Source: a virus
Lineage: Duplodnaviria > Heunggongvirae > Uroviricota > Caudoviricetes
DNA: 64,000 bases
Direction: 5' to 3' (one strand)
Virus record (IMG/VR): IMGVR_UViG_3300020049_016248
The position numbers and the translations under genes were made by a program. The notes under the pieces were generated by a model. It was not told where the DNA came from. It made no database searches and saw only the letters and a list, made by a program, of their open reading frames with translations. The first letter of the stretch is position 1. Each line of letters opens with the position of its first letter. Of the stretch, positions 33,991 to 45,200 are shown one piece after another.

Positions 33991-35226
33991 ATGAACACAA
34001 AATTGTACATCCCACAACTTATTAAAGTTGGTTTTCAAAAAAGAGACGACACTTATACAGGTAAGTTAGGTTATGTTATCTATCGTGATGATAAAAAGGT
34101 TTGGAGGAAGGAAAAATCATGGAATGGTTGGAGAGATGAAAAGGTAAAACCCGTTGAGTTAGAAAACGTTCCTCATTCTGGATTTCATCTTAACAAAGGT
34201 GTAGAAAGATATGGATATTGGGGAAGTGGTCGAAGTATGTGTCGTGTTTATGATGACCGTGGATTTGAATTCGAAATTACAATTGATAACCTTATGTTTA
34301 TTTTAATGGGTTCAGATTGTTCAAAGAGAGAATTAGCTGGTGAATTTGTTTACTCATGGAATGGGATGGAACTTGTTTTATTACCAGTAAACTCTCAAGA
34401 ATATGAAGAGTCTAAAAAGTTTACTTCTTTACAAGGTGGAAAAGTAAATACGAAAGACCTTATTGAAGGTGCGACATATGTTACAAAAAAGGGAAGTAAA
34501 TTAATTTACTTAGGTAAGTTTAATGTAAATTCTTTTAAGCAAATATACTCTTCTCATCATAGATCAAGTAAAAAGATTGCAAGTTTTGCAATGAAATATG
34601 TTTTCCACACAGCAGAAAGAGCTGAAAGTGATTATGAACTTGAAAGTTATATATTTGACCATACTTTCCAATATAAAGATACAAAGTTTATTTTCTTTAA
34701 TGATTTAGACAAGTTAGCTAATTGTATTGTAGAAGAACCTACAGAGAATTATTCTAAATATGTAGATGAATTTTTAAAAACATCATGGGGTTCTAAAATT
34801 ACAAATGTAGAAACTCAAACAATTACAGGTGAAGAAATATTACATTCTTCAAAAAGTAGCAAACCGTATTATCATTCTTCAAGAGAAGAAAGTGGGTATA
34901 ACCTTAAAGATAGAAAAGATTTTATAGGGGAAGCGTTTGAATATGTTAGTGAAAATACATATAGACATATTCAAATTCATGTTCTCAAAGTATTTGTCAA
35001 AGATGATGTAAGTTATTCTTACGGTAAGATGAAACAGACAGGTTACGCATTAACTTCAACAAAAATTGTTAATTTTAATGGAACTGAAATTAACGTCAAA
35101 AACAATTCAAAGAAAGATGACAAAGTGTACACAGAAAAGGAAATAAATTCTTTGTTGTTGCATAAATTAAATCTATCTTTAGAATGCAATTCAAAACACC
35201 CATTAAGTTTTATAAATAAATTTTAA
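33991..35226 (+). CDS. hypothetical protein, paralog B of 32216..33442
   Basis: Conserved blocks as listed for paralog A; C-terminal half diverged. Confidence 0.55.
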   Translation: MNTKLYIPQLIKVGFQKRDDTYTGKLGYVIYRDDKKVWRKEKSWNGWRDEKVKPVELENVPHSGFHLNKGVERYGYWGSGRSMCRVYDDRGFEFEITIDNLMFILMGSDCSKRELAGEFVYSWNGMELVLLPVNSQEYEESKKFTSLQGGKVNTKDLIEGATYVTKKGSKLIYLGKFNVNSFKQIYSSHHRSSKKIASFAMKYVFHTAERAESDYELESYIFDHTFQYKDTKFIFFNDLDKLANCIVEEPTENYSKYVDEFLKTSWGSKITNVETQTITGEEILHSSKSSKPYYHSSREESGYNLKDRKDFIGEAFEYVSENTYRHIQIHVLKVFVKDDVSYSYGKMKQTGYALTSTKIVNFNGTEINVKNNSKKDDKVYTEKEINSLLLHKLNLSLECNSKHPLSFINKF

Positions 35227-35240
35227 AAACAAATAAAAAC

Positions 35241-35675
35241 ATGGCAAACGATAAACAAAAATTAGTTGATGAGCTTTTTAACTTATTAGAAAAGAAAAAA
35301 GCTGAAATTAATCAAGCTGAAAAACCAAACTGGGTGACGAATTGTTCATTCCCTTTGAGTAAAAACAACAGCGACAGATTAAATATTCAAGTAGTCTCTG
35401 AACCAAATCAACTTGTAGAAGCTTTATCTTCTTTACTTGAAAAGCAAGCTTCTTTTGAAAAAGCAAACACTATTTTAGGTGAAAAAGCAACATTCAAATG
35501 GGGTGGGTTCACCGTAGAAGAATGGACAGTTGATTTCAAAACTCGTCTTGGTAAAATTAACATTGCTAACAAGAAAAAAGAATTAGCTGATTTAGAAGCA
35601 CGTTTAAGTAAACACATTTCTCAAGATAAAAAAGATGAAATGGATCTTGCTGATATTGCTAAAAAACTTTCATAA
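35241..35675 (+). CDS. hypothetical protein
   Basis: 144 aa. Confidence 0.45.
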   Translation: MANDKQKLVDELFNLLEKKKAEINQAEKPNWVTNCSFPLSKNNSDRLNIQVVSEPNQLVEALSSLLEKQASFEKANTILGEKATFKWGGFTVEEWTVDFKTRLGKINIANKKKELADLEARLSKHISQDKKDEMDLADIAKKLS

Positions 35676-35878
35676 TGAAAATCGTCTTACCTGCAAACTT
35701 CATTGAAGTTTTAAGTTTTTTACCAGAAACTGGTATGGGTTATCAAATTGTTGACATCACTATGAAAGATGGAACCGTTTTAACGAAAACAGTTTTTAAT
35801 AGTTCTTTAGTTGAAGTTGATTCAGCAGATGAAATTGATTTAGGTAAAATTCAAAGTGTAACACTTCATAAAAAATAA
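35675..35878 (+). CDS. hypothetical protein
   Basis: 67 aa, ATGA overlap. Confidence 0.4.
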   Translation: MKIVLPANFIEVLSFLPETGMGYQIVDITMKDGTVLTKTVFNSSLVEVDSADEIDLGKIQSVTLHKK

Positions 35879-35882
35879 ACAA

Positions 35883-36341
35883 ATGAAAAGAAATTCAACT
35901 ACTGTAATAATTTTTCTACTATTTTTAGTATTAGGCTTGTTTTTAGCAAGTTGTGGTAACGGGGTCCGTGAGGAAAGTAAAGTAGGTAAACTTTTAATTG
36001 GTGAACACCCTTTGAATGAGTTACATTTTGAAAACTTAAATAAGAATGAAGGGGAAAGTGACATTAAACCTAATAAACCAACTTACTTCATGTTTTCAAA
36101 CACATCGATAACATTTAATGTTACCCTTAATGATAGTAATATTGTAACTATGAATTTACCTATTTCTAGAGTAAGGTTTCGATATGATGAAATGATAACT
36201 CAACCTTATGTGAAGTTCAAATGGGTTAAAGGGGATACAGATTGGAGTGTTGCAGATCTTGAAAGTCATATTCTTTATATAGTTCTTTTTGTAAATAAGG
36301 AAGATGTTATTTACAACCCTCAAGTAGTACAAGTAAGATGA
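35883..36341 (+). CDS. putative lipoprotein
   Basis: Signal peptide followed by a lipobox-like LASC. Confidence 0.45.
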   Translation: MKRNSTTVIIFLLFLVLGLFLASCGNGVREESKVGKLLIGEHPLNELHFENLNKNEGESDIKPNKPTYFMFSNTSITFNVTLNDSNIVTMNLPISRVRFRYDEMITQPYVKFKWVKGDTDWSVADLESHILYIVLFVNKEDVIYNPQVVQVR

Positions 36342-36688
36342 AAGCTTTCGACCTTGTAGTTGCTCTTATCTCTTCAGAACCAACAGTTCGTTTGGGAATT
36401 GTGCAAACTCCTTCCTTTAAAGCAAATCATGTTTACAGAGTTCAGGGAGTAAAACACAATATTGTTTACATAGAGCGCGATGAAAGAGGGAGTGGAACAA
36501 ATGGTTGGTCAGAGCAAAATTTTAGATTACTTACAGATCAAGAGTATCTTGATTTATGTAGTTATTATGGTATAGCGTTTTCACTTCCTTGTGAGTTCCC
36601 GCCAAACCCTATAACTTTAGTAATAAACGAAATAAACAACGAATTGAATAATGAAAATATTGATTTCTCGACCAGATTTCAATTTTAG
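36338..36688 (+). CDS. small protein, member 1 of a three-member paralog family
   Basis: Shares NGW.E.NFR..T..E and the C-terminal C.FP.N..TLVINEIN.ELN motif with 36719..37015 and (C-terminal only) 39022..39432. Confidence 0.5.
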   Translation: MKAFDLVVALISSEPTVRLGIVQTPSFKANHVYRVQGVKHNIVYIERDERGSGTNGWSEQNFRLLTDQEYLDLCSYYGIAFSLPCEFPPNPITLVINEINNELNNENIDFSTRFQF

Positions 36689-36718
36689 AAACATTGCAAC
36701 CCTTAAGTAAATTTTTTT

Positions 36719-37015
36719 ATGAAAAAAGAAAACCACTTTGCTTCAGGGATGTTAGTAGTTTGCACAAAAAGTAGTACTGGTGGTTTTCGTGAAGGGCATA
36801 TTTACAAAGTTGTCGAGGACTATGGGGACTCTCTTACTGTAGAATGTGACTCAGAAGGGGATGCAAACGGTTGGAATAAAGAAAATTTTAGACACATCAC
36901 AATGGATGAGTTAGAATGTTTAATACTAAGTTGTAAAAAGGTTCCATGTGAATTACCTGGTAATAGATTAACTGTAATTATAAATAATATTAATCGCGAA
37001 TTAAATCAATATTAA
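36719..37015 (+). CDS. small protein, member 2 of the paralog family
   Basis: NGWNKENFRHITMDEL and VPCELPGNRLTVIINNINRELNQY. Confidence 0.5.
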   Translation: MKKENHFASGMLVVCTKSSTGGFREGHIYKVVEDYGDSLTVECDSEGDANGWNKENFRHITMDELECLILSCKKVPCELPGNRLTVIINNINRELNQY

Positions 37016-37016
37016 A

Positions 37017-38600
37017 ATGTATACAACAAACGAAAAAGGAGCTAAAACCTTAGCTACAAGTGGGAAAAACAGTTTAGATTACTTTGCAAACATTGGAACT
37101 TATCGCAATCGTAATGTAAAACAAGTAGCTGCAGATATGGCTAAAGCTTGGAAAGAAGATCCTATGTTAGCTTTATCAATATTGTTTTATGCTCGTATGA
37201 TTACTCGTAAAACAAAAGGAGCGTTTGTTTCTGATAAAGTACAAAAAGGTCAAGGTATTAAAGATGAATTTATAAAAGGTTTACAATACCTTGAAGCAAA
37301 TCACCCTTCAGTATTAGAGAAAAATTTATGGATTGTTCCTCTAGTAGGATCTTGGAAAGATTTATGGTATGACTCTGCATGCACAGGGCACTATCACTAT
37401 ATTATGCCTGAAAAAGTTTACGAGTTAATTAGACAAAGTATTCTTACAGATGAATACAATGGAGCTTTAATTGCAAAATACTTACCTCGTATTCGTTCAG
37501 CAAAACAAATAAAGAATGACAGACATAAACGTATGAATAAATGGGCGTTAGGTCTATGTTCATACTTAGGTTGGAATCAAAAACATTATCGTCAGTTTAA
37601 AGCAGATCCAGCTAAAATTGCTCATTCATGGCAAAGAAAAATGAGTGCTAAAAATTGGGATGAAATTGACTTTAGCAAAATCCCAGGTCGTGCTTTATTT
37701 CAAATGGTAAACAACACAGGGAAAGACGGAAAAACTTTATTACAAAGACATGGTTTAGAAGCTAAGTATGAAGCTTGGTTAGATACTCAACCTACAGCTA
37801 AATTTACAGGTTATGTTTACGAGTTGTTTTTACAAACAAAGCAACATAAAATATCTGCAGTGAAAAGAAAAACTTTAGACAAGCAATTTGATGGTTTATT
37901 GGCTTTAGCTAAAGCAGACGGTGTTGAAGGATTGAAAGGAAACGTTTGGTGTGCATTAGATACATCTAGTTCAATGGAATGTGGAGCAGTTGGTGAAAAC
38001 GGGGTTACAGCGTATGATGTGTGTATATCTTTAGGACTTTACTTTTCATCTTTAAACGAAGGTGCATTTAAAGATCATGTTGTAATGTTTGATGAAAAAT
38101 CTAAAGTTTTAAAATTATCAGGAGGTTTTGTTGAAAAAGCAAAACAAATAAGAATGGCATCAACAGCATGGGGTAGCACTAATTTTCAATCTGTAGTTGA
38201 TGAAATTGTACGTGTACGAAAAGCTAACCCTGCAATTCCAATTTCAGAATTCCCAGAAACTTTATTAGTAGTTTCAGATATGCAATTTGATAAAGCTGGA
38301 AAAAACACAAAAACTAATTACGAAGTTATGATGAAAAAATTATCTAATGTTGGATTAGGTAATATAAAAGTAATCTGGTGGCAAGTAAGTGGTAGAAGTG
38401 AAAAGAACGTTCCAAGCAAGTTTGATGATGACGGAGTGACACTAATTTCTGGTTTTGATCCTGCTATTATTTCCTTAATTTTAGGAGGTGAGAAGAGCAA
38501 AGTGGATGAAGTTACTGGTAAAACAAGAGCTTTAACACCATATGAAAATATGATGAAAGCTTTAGACCAAGAGGTTTTAAAACAATTAAAGATTGATTAA
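37017..38600 (+). CDS. vWA (MIDAS) domain protein
   Basis: VWCALDTSSSMEC (DxSxS) followed by a predicted Rossmann-like segment and VVSDMQFDKAG. Confidence 0.55.
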   Translation: MYTTNEKGAKTLATSGKNSLDYFANIGTYRNRNVKQVAADMAKAWKEDPMLALSILFYARMITRKTKGAFVSDKVQKGQGIKDEFIKGLQYLEANHPSVLEKNLWIVPLVGSWKDLWYDSACTGHYHYIMPEKVYELIRQSILTDEYNGALIAKYLPRIRSAKQIKNDRHKRMNKWALGLCSYLGWNQKHYRQFKADPAKIAHSWQRKMSAKNWDEIDFSKIPGRALFQMVNNTGKDGKTLLQRHGLEAKYEAWLDTQPTAKFTGYVYELFLQTKQHKISAVKRKTLDKQFDGLLALAKADGVEGLKGNVWCALDTSSSMECGAVGENGVTAYDVCISLGLYFSSLNEGAFKDHVVMFDEKSKVLKLSGGFVEKAKQIRMASTAWGSTNFQSVVDEIVRVRKANPAIPISEFPETLLVVSDMQFDKAGKNTKTNYEVMMKKLSNVGLGNIKVIWWQVSGRSEKNVPSKFDDDGVTLISGFDPAIISLILGGEKSKVDEVTGKTRALTPYENMMKALDQEVLKQLKID

Positions 38601-38801
38601 ACTTAATTTAATCTAAGTTCTTTACTAATTTATATTTATTGACATTATAACTTTCTGAAAAGAATCCCTATAAAAGCAGATACAGTACGGGGACATGCGG
38701 TTATTCTTATTAAAAACGCTAACAGCAATTTTTTAACTTCAATCTACAGAAAACAAAAAACAGCGTTTTGTATTATTTAGTGTGGGTGGACTTGGTTTTT
38801 C

Positions 38802-39011
38802 ATGTTTACCAAGTCTTTAAAAAGGTTAGGTAAATCTAACCTTTTTTATTTTTTTATTATGAAAGACAAAGATATAGAACATTTATTTGAACAACAAGTT
38901 CAATTTCACAAAAAACAAGCAGCATCTGCAAAGCGAGGGGCTTCAGTTTGGTTAGCACTTACAATCATATGGGTAGTAGCTATGCTTATAGCCTGTGCTA
39001 CACTAATTTAA
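38802..39011 (+). CDS. small membrane protein
   Basis: 69 aa, C-terminal TM helix. Confidence 0.35.
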   Translation: MFTKSLKRLGKSNLFYFFIMKDKDIEHLFEQQVQFHKKQAASAKRGASVWLALTIIWVVAMLIACATLI

Positions 39012-39021
39012 TATTTAGGAA

Positions 39022-39432
39022 ATGAGTGATTTTTTAAAAGAAATGAAAGTTCATGACGTAGCTTATGTTCACATAAACAAGATAATAGTTAGTTTATCAG
39101 GATCGCCAGACATTGAAATATTCATGATTAATACAATTGATGGTGAATCTTTTTTTGCTTCTGATTTAATTGGTGACTATGACTTGTCTGATGATTATAA
39201 CGTTGGTTATTCTTTCTTCAATGTAAAAGAATATCTTACTGCTGATTATGATGAGATCCAATTTTATGATTATATTGCAAAAACTCAACTTAACAATGTT
39301 CGTCCATTTTATCTCTCATACTTAGAAGCTTATAAAATTGCAAAAGAATATAACTTAAGAATAACTCCAAGTCCTACTATCAATGAAGTTGATTTATTGA
39401 TTACTGATATCAATGAAGAGTTACTTAGTTAA
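39022..39432 (+). CDS. small protein, member 3 of the paralog family (C-terminal motif only)
   Basis: C-terminus ITPSPTINEVDLLITDINEELLS resembles the TLVINEINxELN tail. Confidence 0.4.
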   Translation: MSDFLKEMKVHDVAYVHINKIIVSLSGSPDIEIFMINTIDGESFFASDLIGDYDLSDDYNVGYSFFNVKEYLTADYDEIQFYDYIAKTQLNNVRPFYLSYLEAYKIAKEYNLRITPSPTINEVDLLITDINEELLS

Positions 39433-39487
39433 AAAGACTTTTCAATTATTATAAATCTCTTCAAAGAATTAAATATTTAGTTAAACA

Positions 39488-39775
39488 ATGACTAAGTATT
39501 CTAAAATCTCTCGAGTTATCCAGGAAGCAACTAACAAACAACAGTTGCAAGAGTATAACACACCGCAGAAGCAAGATTTACTATTAATAATCAATAAAAT
39601 TATCTTGAATAAAAGTAATTCATCAAATCCAGATGAATTAAAGAAAAAATTAGATGATTTATTAAACTTTTATCGCTTTTATCAAAACAAGTTTCCAATT
39701 GAAGATAAGCTCGTGTATGAAGAGTTCAAGAAAAAATTACAAGTCTTAGCACAGAAATATAATATTTCTTTATAA
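39488..39775 (+). CDS. hypothetical protein
   Basis: 95 aa. Confidence 0.4.
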   Translation: MTKYSKISRVIQEATNKQQLQEYNTPQKQDLLLIINKIILNKSNSSNPDELKKKLDDLLNFYRFYQNKFPIEDKLVYEEFKKKLQVLAQKYNISL

Positions 39776-39836
39776 AGATTAAAAAAACCTTCTTTCCCTT
39801 TTACTATTTAGAGTTAAAAAGAACAAATTTAACTCA

Positions 39837-41153
39837 ATGTATATTCGCATATATCCCCAAAAAAATAATACAATCTTCAAAAGAACAGCTGGTGGTGTTA
39901 ATGAAGTATTAGGATTAGTTAATACAGGTAAAAATCCAATATTTGAATTAACTTCTGGGAATACCCAATCAACAATTCTAATGAATTTTGATATTTCTCC
40001 AATTTTAACATTATTAGAGAATTATTCTTATGAATGTAATCTTAAATTATGGGATGCAGGTATTCTTTTTGAACCTTCTATTTCACTAGATACTATTGAT
40101 TTAGTATATTTTAGAGAAGAGTTTATAGAAGGTGATGGTTTTCAGTTTATAGGAAGTAAAGCTTTAACAGGAGCTTCTAACTGGTTAGAAAGAGTGACTG
40201 GAACACCATGGTCACCAGCTCAACCGAATACATTTTCTTTAGGACAATTTCCAGCATATCAATTGAATGATGCTAATGAAGATTTATTGATAGAAAATTT
40301 AGCATCATTTATTGATGATGCAATAACTAATAGTGTAAATCCAAACTTTGGTATAAAGATTTCAACTAATACTGTTAGTGATCAAACTTATACGAAATTT
40401 ATACATTCAAGACATACTAAAACTATTTTCAAACCTTATTTAGAGTTTTATATTGACGATTCTATTGTTGATAAAAGACAAAGTGCAATTGCTACTCAAA
40501 CAAGTAAGATCTATTTATTAAACCAAACAGGGGTAAATTTCGTAGGGACTGCTGTAACTTGTGAAGTTAAAAACGCTGAAGGAACTGTTCTTTTCACTCC
40601 TGTAGTAAACAATCCTTCAAATGGTATATATTACATAGAAATAACACCAACTATAGATACAAGTAACACAACTTTATTTGACATTTGGTCTATAGATAGT
40701 GTAGAGTTAACAAAAGGTTTGATAACAGTTCAATCCCCAAACCAAATAGCTTCTAAAAAATTAGATGGATTGTTCTTTTACCCTGTTACAAGTTATGCTC
40801 ATCCATCTATCAGACAAAACGATGTAGTTTTATTTGAAGTTATTTCACAAATAAGAGGAAAAGGATTAGTTTTATTACCTGGGTATGAATATAGAGTTGT
40901 AAGTACTAGTGGGTTTGAAATGCAACCTTGGACACAAGTAAACATTTATGATAACAAATTGTTTTTTCATATAGATACTTCATATTATTTCCCAGGTTTA
41001 GAGTACGAAGTGTTCGTAAGATTAAATCATAACAATTCCATTAAAACGTCAAATATGACGTATAAATTTAGATTAACAGAAGATGCAGCAACTCATTTGA
41101 GAAGTTTAAATGCATCACCTTATAATAACAGAGATTATTTATTTTATCAATAA
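39837..41153 (+). CDS. putative virion structural protein
   Basis: 438 aa, beta-rich, first gene of a long co-directional structural block. Confidence 0.45.
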   Translation: MYIRIYPQKNNTIFKRTAGGVNEVLGLVNTGKNPIFELTSGNTQSTILMNFDISPILTLLENYSYECNLKLWDAGILFEPSISLDTIDLVYFREEFIEGDGFQFIGSKALTGASNWLERVTGTPWSPAQPNTFSLGQFPAYQLNDANEDLLIENLASFIDDAITNSVNPNFGIKISTNTVSDQTYTKFIHSRHTKTIFKPYLEFYIDDSIVDKRQSAIATQTSKIYLLNQTGVNFVGTAVTCEVKNAEGTVLFTPVVNNPSNGIYYIEITPTIDTSNTTLFDIWSIDSVELTKGLITVQSPNQIASKKLDGLFFYPVTSYAHPSIRQNDVVLFEVISQIRGKGLVLLPGYEYRVVSTSGFEMQPWTQVNIYDNKLFFHIDTSYYFPGLEYEVFVRLNHNNSIKTSNMTYKFRLTEDAATHLRSLNASPYNNRDYLFYQ

Positions 41154-42283
41154 TGCAAACATACGAATTACAAGACAATACAGTTGATAATTATATCCCC
41201 ATAACACCAACAAAACCACAAATTGGTTATATTGCAAAAGAGGAAAGTCAACAACTTTCTTCAAGGGAGTATAACTATGATGGTGTTAGTAATGTTGAAA
41301 ACACTTCAACATCTAATACTTTAGGTGAATTAAGTGTTAGGCAAGGTTTAGCTTCTGACGTGAAAGATATTGCAGTTAACTGTGGAAACTCAGCTACTGA
41401 TTATATAGGGGCAATTAAATACGATGTTCCTTATATTATTAATCCTGACTTTGCTGATTTTCTTTTATTAGATATACAAGCGAACCCTTTTACGACATTA
41501 GCTAATGCTAACATTGAAAGTTTAGCTGTTTCATTATACGAAACAGGTGATACAAATTCAAAAGTAATCAATATGTTTAATGGAATGCAAGGTTTAAGAA
41601 TTCCATTGAATAAATTTAATACTATAGTAAGTGGACAAACAACAAAAAACTTTGGTAAGTATTATATAAAAGTTGCACCTAAATATGTAGATGTACCTGT
41701 AACTCAAATAATTCCAAAGAAACATGTTGAATGGCAACTTGTAAACGGTGCTGATGCTGAAGGTAGAAGACAAGTTGTTCGATTTGACAATAGTAATTTT
41801 AGAAATACTCCATGGTTGTTTGAAAACAATCCACTACAAAGAGGTCGTTTACATGGTTCAGTGGTTGAAATTTGGAATGCAAGTAAAACAGAAAAAAAAC
41901 AAACAAAAATTTTAGTTGAAGAAGGTATAGATTTGAATACAGCATCTGGTATTTTTGTTTTAACACCAGATAACATGGGGTATGATTCAGCAAATGAAGT
42001 ATTAGGTCTAGGTGATATTCTAAGAGTATATCCAAGAGAAACATACTTCAATCCAATTTATATTGAAGTTTCTTATACTAATAAAGATAATGATTTGTTA
42101 TCTCTAATCCAATTTATGAAAAATGATGCAGTTAGAGATTTAATATCAAATGTAATAGAGGTTTATGATGAAAATGGGGTAGGTACTGATGCAAATGGAA
42201 ACTTAACAGGAACTATAATACAATCTTATCAAATTTCTAAAGAAAATAATAAAGAAATTCGTAGACAGATTAATCTAGATTAA
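41153..42283 (+). CDS. putative virion structural protein
   Basis: 376 aa, ATGA-coupled to neighbours. Confidence 0.45.
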   Translation: MQTYELQDNTVDNYIPITPTKPQIGYIAKEESQQLSSREYNYDGVSNVENTSTSNTLGELSVRQGLASDVKDIAVNCGNSATDYIGAIKYDVPYIINPDFADFLLLDIQANPFTTLANANIESLAVSLYETGDTNSKVINMFNGMQGLRIPLNKFNTIVSGQTTKNFGKYYIKVAPKYVDVPVTQIIPKKHVEWQLVNGADAEGRRQVVRFDNSNFRNTPWLFENNPLQRGRLHGSVVEIWNASKTEKKQTKILVEEGIDLNTASGIFVLTPDNMGYDSANEVLGLGDILRVYPRETYFNPIYIEVSYTNKDNDLLSLIQFMKNDAVRDLISNVIEVYDENGVGTDANGNLTGTIIQSYQISKENNKEIRRQINLD

Positions 42284-45200
42284 TGGCAGAAGATAATAAT
42301 TTAATACCACTAAACCCTGCTGGTAATGATGCAATTAAGGGTAATATTTTCTTTGGAAATAATTTAACTCCAGGAGGAACATTTTCTAATATACCACAAA
42401 CTGTAACATCTCCACTTGCAACACAAGAACAACAAGCTAAGATTACTTTAACATTAGCTCAAATTCAAGAAGAGTTAAGAAGAAATGCTCAAGAGCAAGA
42501 AGGGACAACAGAAGATGTTTTATCTGATCAAGCAATTAATGTTTTTTTACAAAACTATGTAAAACTATTAATTGATTATTCTGACTTAAGAAATTTTGTA
42601 TTTTTTGGTTCAGCGTACACTGAATTAGTTTATCATGTTAATTTTTTAATAAAAAACTATCCTTATTTAGGTTATTTTGCTAAAAATGTTGGATCTACAG
42701 CTGTAGATCCATTGAATACAATACAGTTAACTTCTTTACCTGGAAATGAAACACAAGTGACGTTTCAATACCCAAACTTATTACAAAAAGGTCAATATGT
42801 TTATGATAATAGCGGTGAAACAATTTGGACAGATTACGAATTGGTAGATGTAAACGAAAATAGGTTCCCTATTACTCAAGTTGATTTTACACAACCTACT
42901 TTATCAATTGTTAATGCAACCAATACAAGCCCTATAGTTATTCAAACTTCTCAAGCTCATGGTTTAAGTGCAGGTGAGAAAATAACTATACAAAATGTGT
43001 TAGGAAACACAGCAGCAAATGGTGAGTGGAAAATTTTAATATCACCAATTTCAGCAAGTCCTACAGCATTAACTATTGGTGTAGAATATAGAGTTTTATC
43101 TAGCTCTATTGTTCACAACTCTATTACTTATTATAAGGGACAAGTGTTTACTGCAGTGAATACAACGTTTAGCACTGGAAATGTTGCTTTAGCAAATGAA
43201 TTTGCTTTACAAAACTCTCACGGGGACGTTACATTAACAAATGGGGTTTATACACCTGCTTCTGGTGAAGTAGTTTTACCTTATATTGCAATAAGTGACG
43301 CTTCTGCTACAAGCCCTATAACAATAACTACAATCACACCACATAACCTGAACAATGGTGATATTGTTAAAATTGAAGGTGTATTAGGGAACACAGCAGC
43401 TAACGGTGAATGGACTATCAATAGTTTAGCACCTAATACTTTTGAATTGGTTAATTCAACTTACAATGGTACTTATTTAGGTTCTGGTTTGTTTATTAAC
43501 AAACTTATCTCTTATACTGTTGAAGGTAATATCACTGTAAATAACCTAATTGAATATATACCTACTACAGGTGTATTGTTTAGAGGGTTGTTTGTTTCTC
43601 CTAAATTACAAGTAATTAACGATTTCTATGTAAACTTAGAATCAATTCAAAAAGAATTATTAAAACCAACAAATATTACCCCTTGGCCAAGAGATATCAT
43701 TACTAATAATATCTTATTTGAAGGAGCTGAGTTTGAAGCATGGGTAAATAATCCTTCTACTATGGTTTCTGATTATCAAGCAGAAGACTTAGGGGTTATA
43801 TCTACTGATTTTAGTGAAAGTTTAAATCTAACTGGAGCTATAACATTAGATGAAACTAAAACAAATCAATTGATAAGAAGAGCTATACCTCATAGAGTTG
43901 TTGATGAATTAAGAGATACAGATGATAAGTTATTTTCTCGTTTTGTATTATTAGCAGGTAAAATGTTTGATTTAATAAAAGTTTATATAGATTTCTTGAA
44001 ATATACTAAATCATTAAACTATACACCTTTTAATCAATTGTCACCTGATTTTTATAAATTATATGCTGAACATTATGGGTTTGACTTGTTTGATGATGAC
44101 ACTGTAAGTTTAGCACAAGCTATTATTATAACAGAACCTGGGTTAGCATATGATCAACAGAACAATGCTACTTTTTCTGACCAAAACACTGCACAAACTA
44201 AGCAAGATTTACAATACGAAAAACAAAAACGTTTATTACTTAACTTATTTTATCTTTATCAAACTAAAGGTACTATTGTTTGTATAGAAAAGCTAGTGAA
44301 CTTACTTGGTTCACCAGAAGGGTTAGTGTTGTTAAAAGAATATTCTTTCAACAATACAACAGGTGCAAAGATTGTTGATAACGATAAAATTAAAGTACCT
44401 AAAATAGAGTATGAAATTGACCCAGATTATTTAATTGATTCAACAAACATTAATAACCCTGTTAATTTACCATATGTATATAGGCTTAAGTTAGATAATG
44501 AATCTATTGTAAATTTAAGAGAGTTTGAAATGTACACAGACCCTCAAAGTGCTATTCAAACTCAAGTTATTAATTATGGACAAACAACATATCCATATGG
44601 TAATTTTAAAACTGGGGCGTTCGCAAACTTACAAAATATAAATAGTTCAACTGGAGAATATGCACTTTTACCGTTGACTTTTCCAGACAAGTATTGTGGT
44701 ATTACTGTTGAATACATGATCCCACGTAGCGGTTATATTAAAGGTGTAGGTCAAGGTTTTGATGAAACTTCAATTCACTTAGCTAGCTTATATGAAGTTG
44801 ATGATATTGTTTATAATGGAAACGAACCAGTATTCATCCCAACATCTACACAATTTGCACCACTTACACCTGTTCCTTTTGAAGATAATCTTCAATCAGA
44901 CATTGTGCCTTTAAGTCTTAGAGCTAAAACATCTTTTATTCTTCAAAACCTAGGTCCTAACACAGATCTATTAGAAGTATATGTGAACACAATACCTATT
45001 GGAGGTATTTTATGGCAAAGTGACTTGAAACAAACTGCATTAGCATTGGTTAACGCTATTAATTTTAGTCAAACTGCTGTAGATTTTGTTGCATTATATC
45101 AAGAAAACTATGATAGTACTTTTACTATCACTATAGAAACTCGATATAATAATGATACTTTAAATGGGTCATTAGTAGAAGTTATGTCTAATGCAACATT

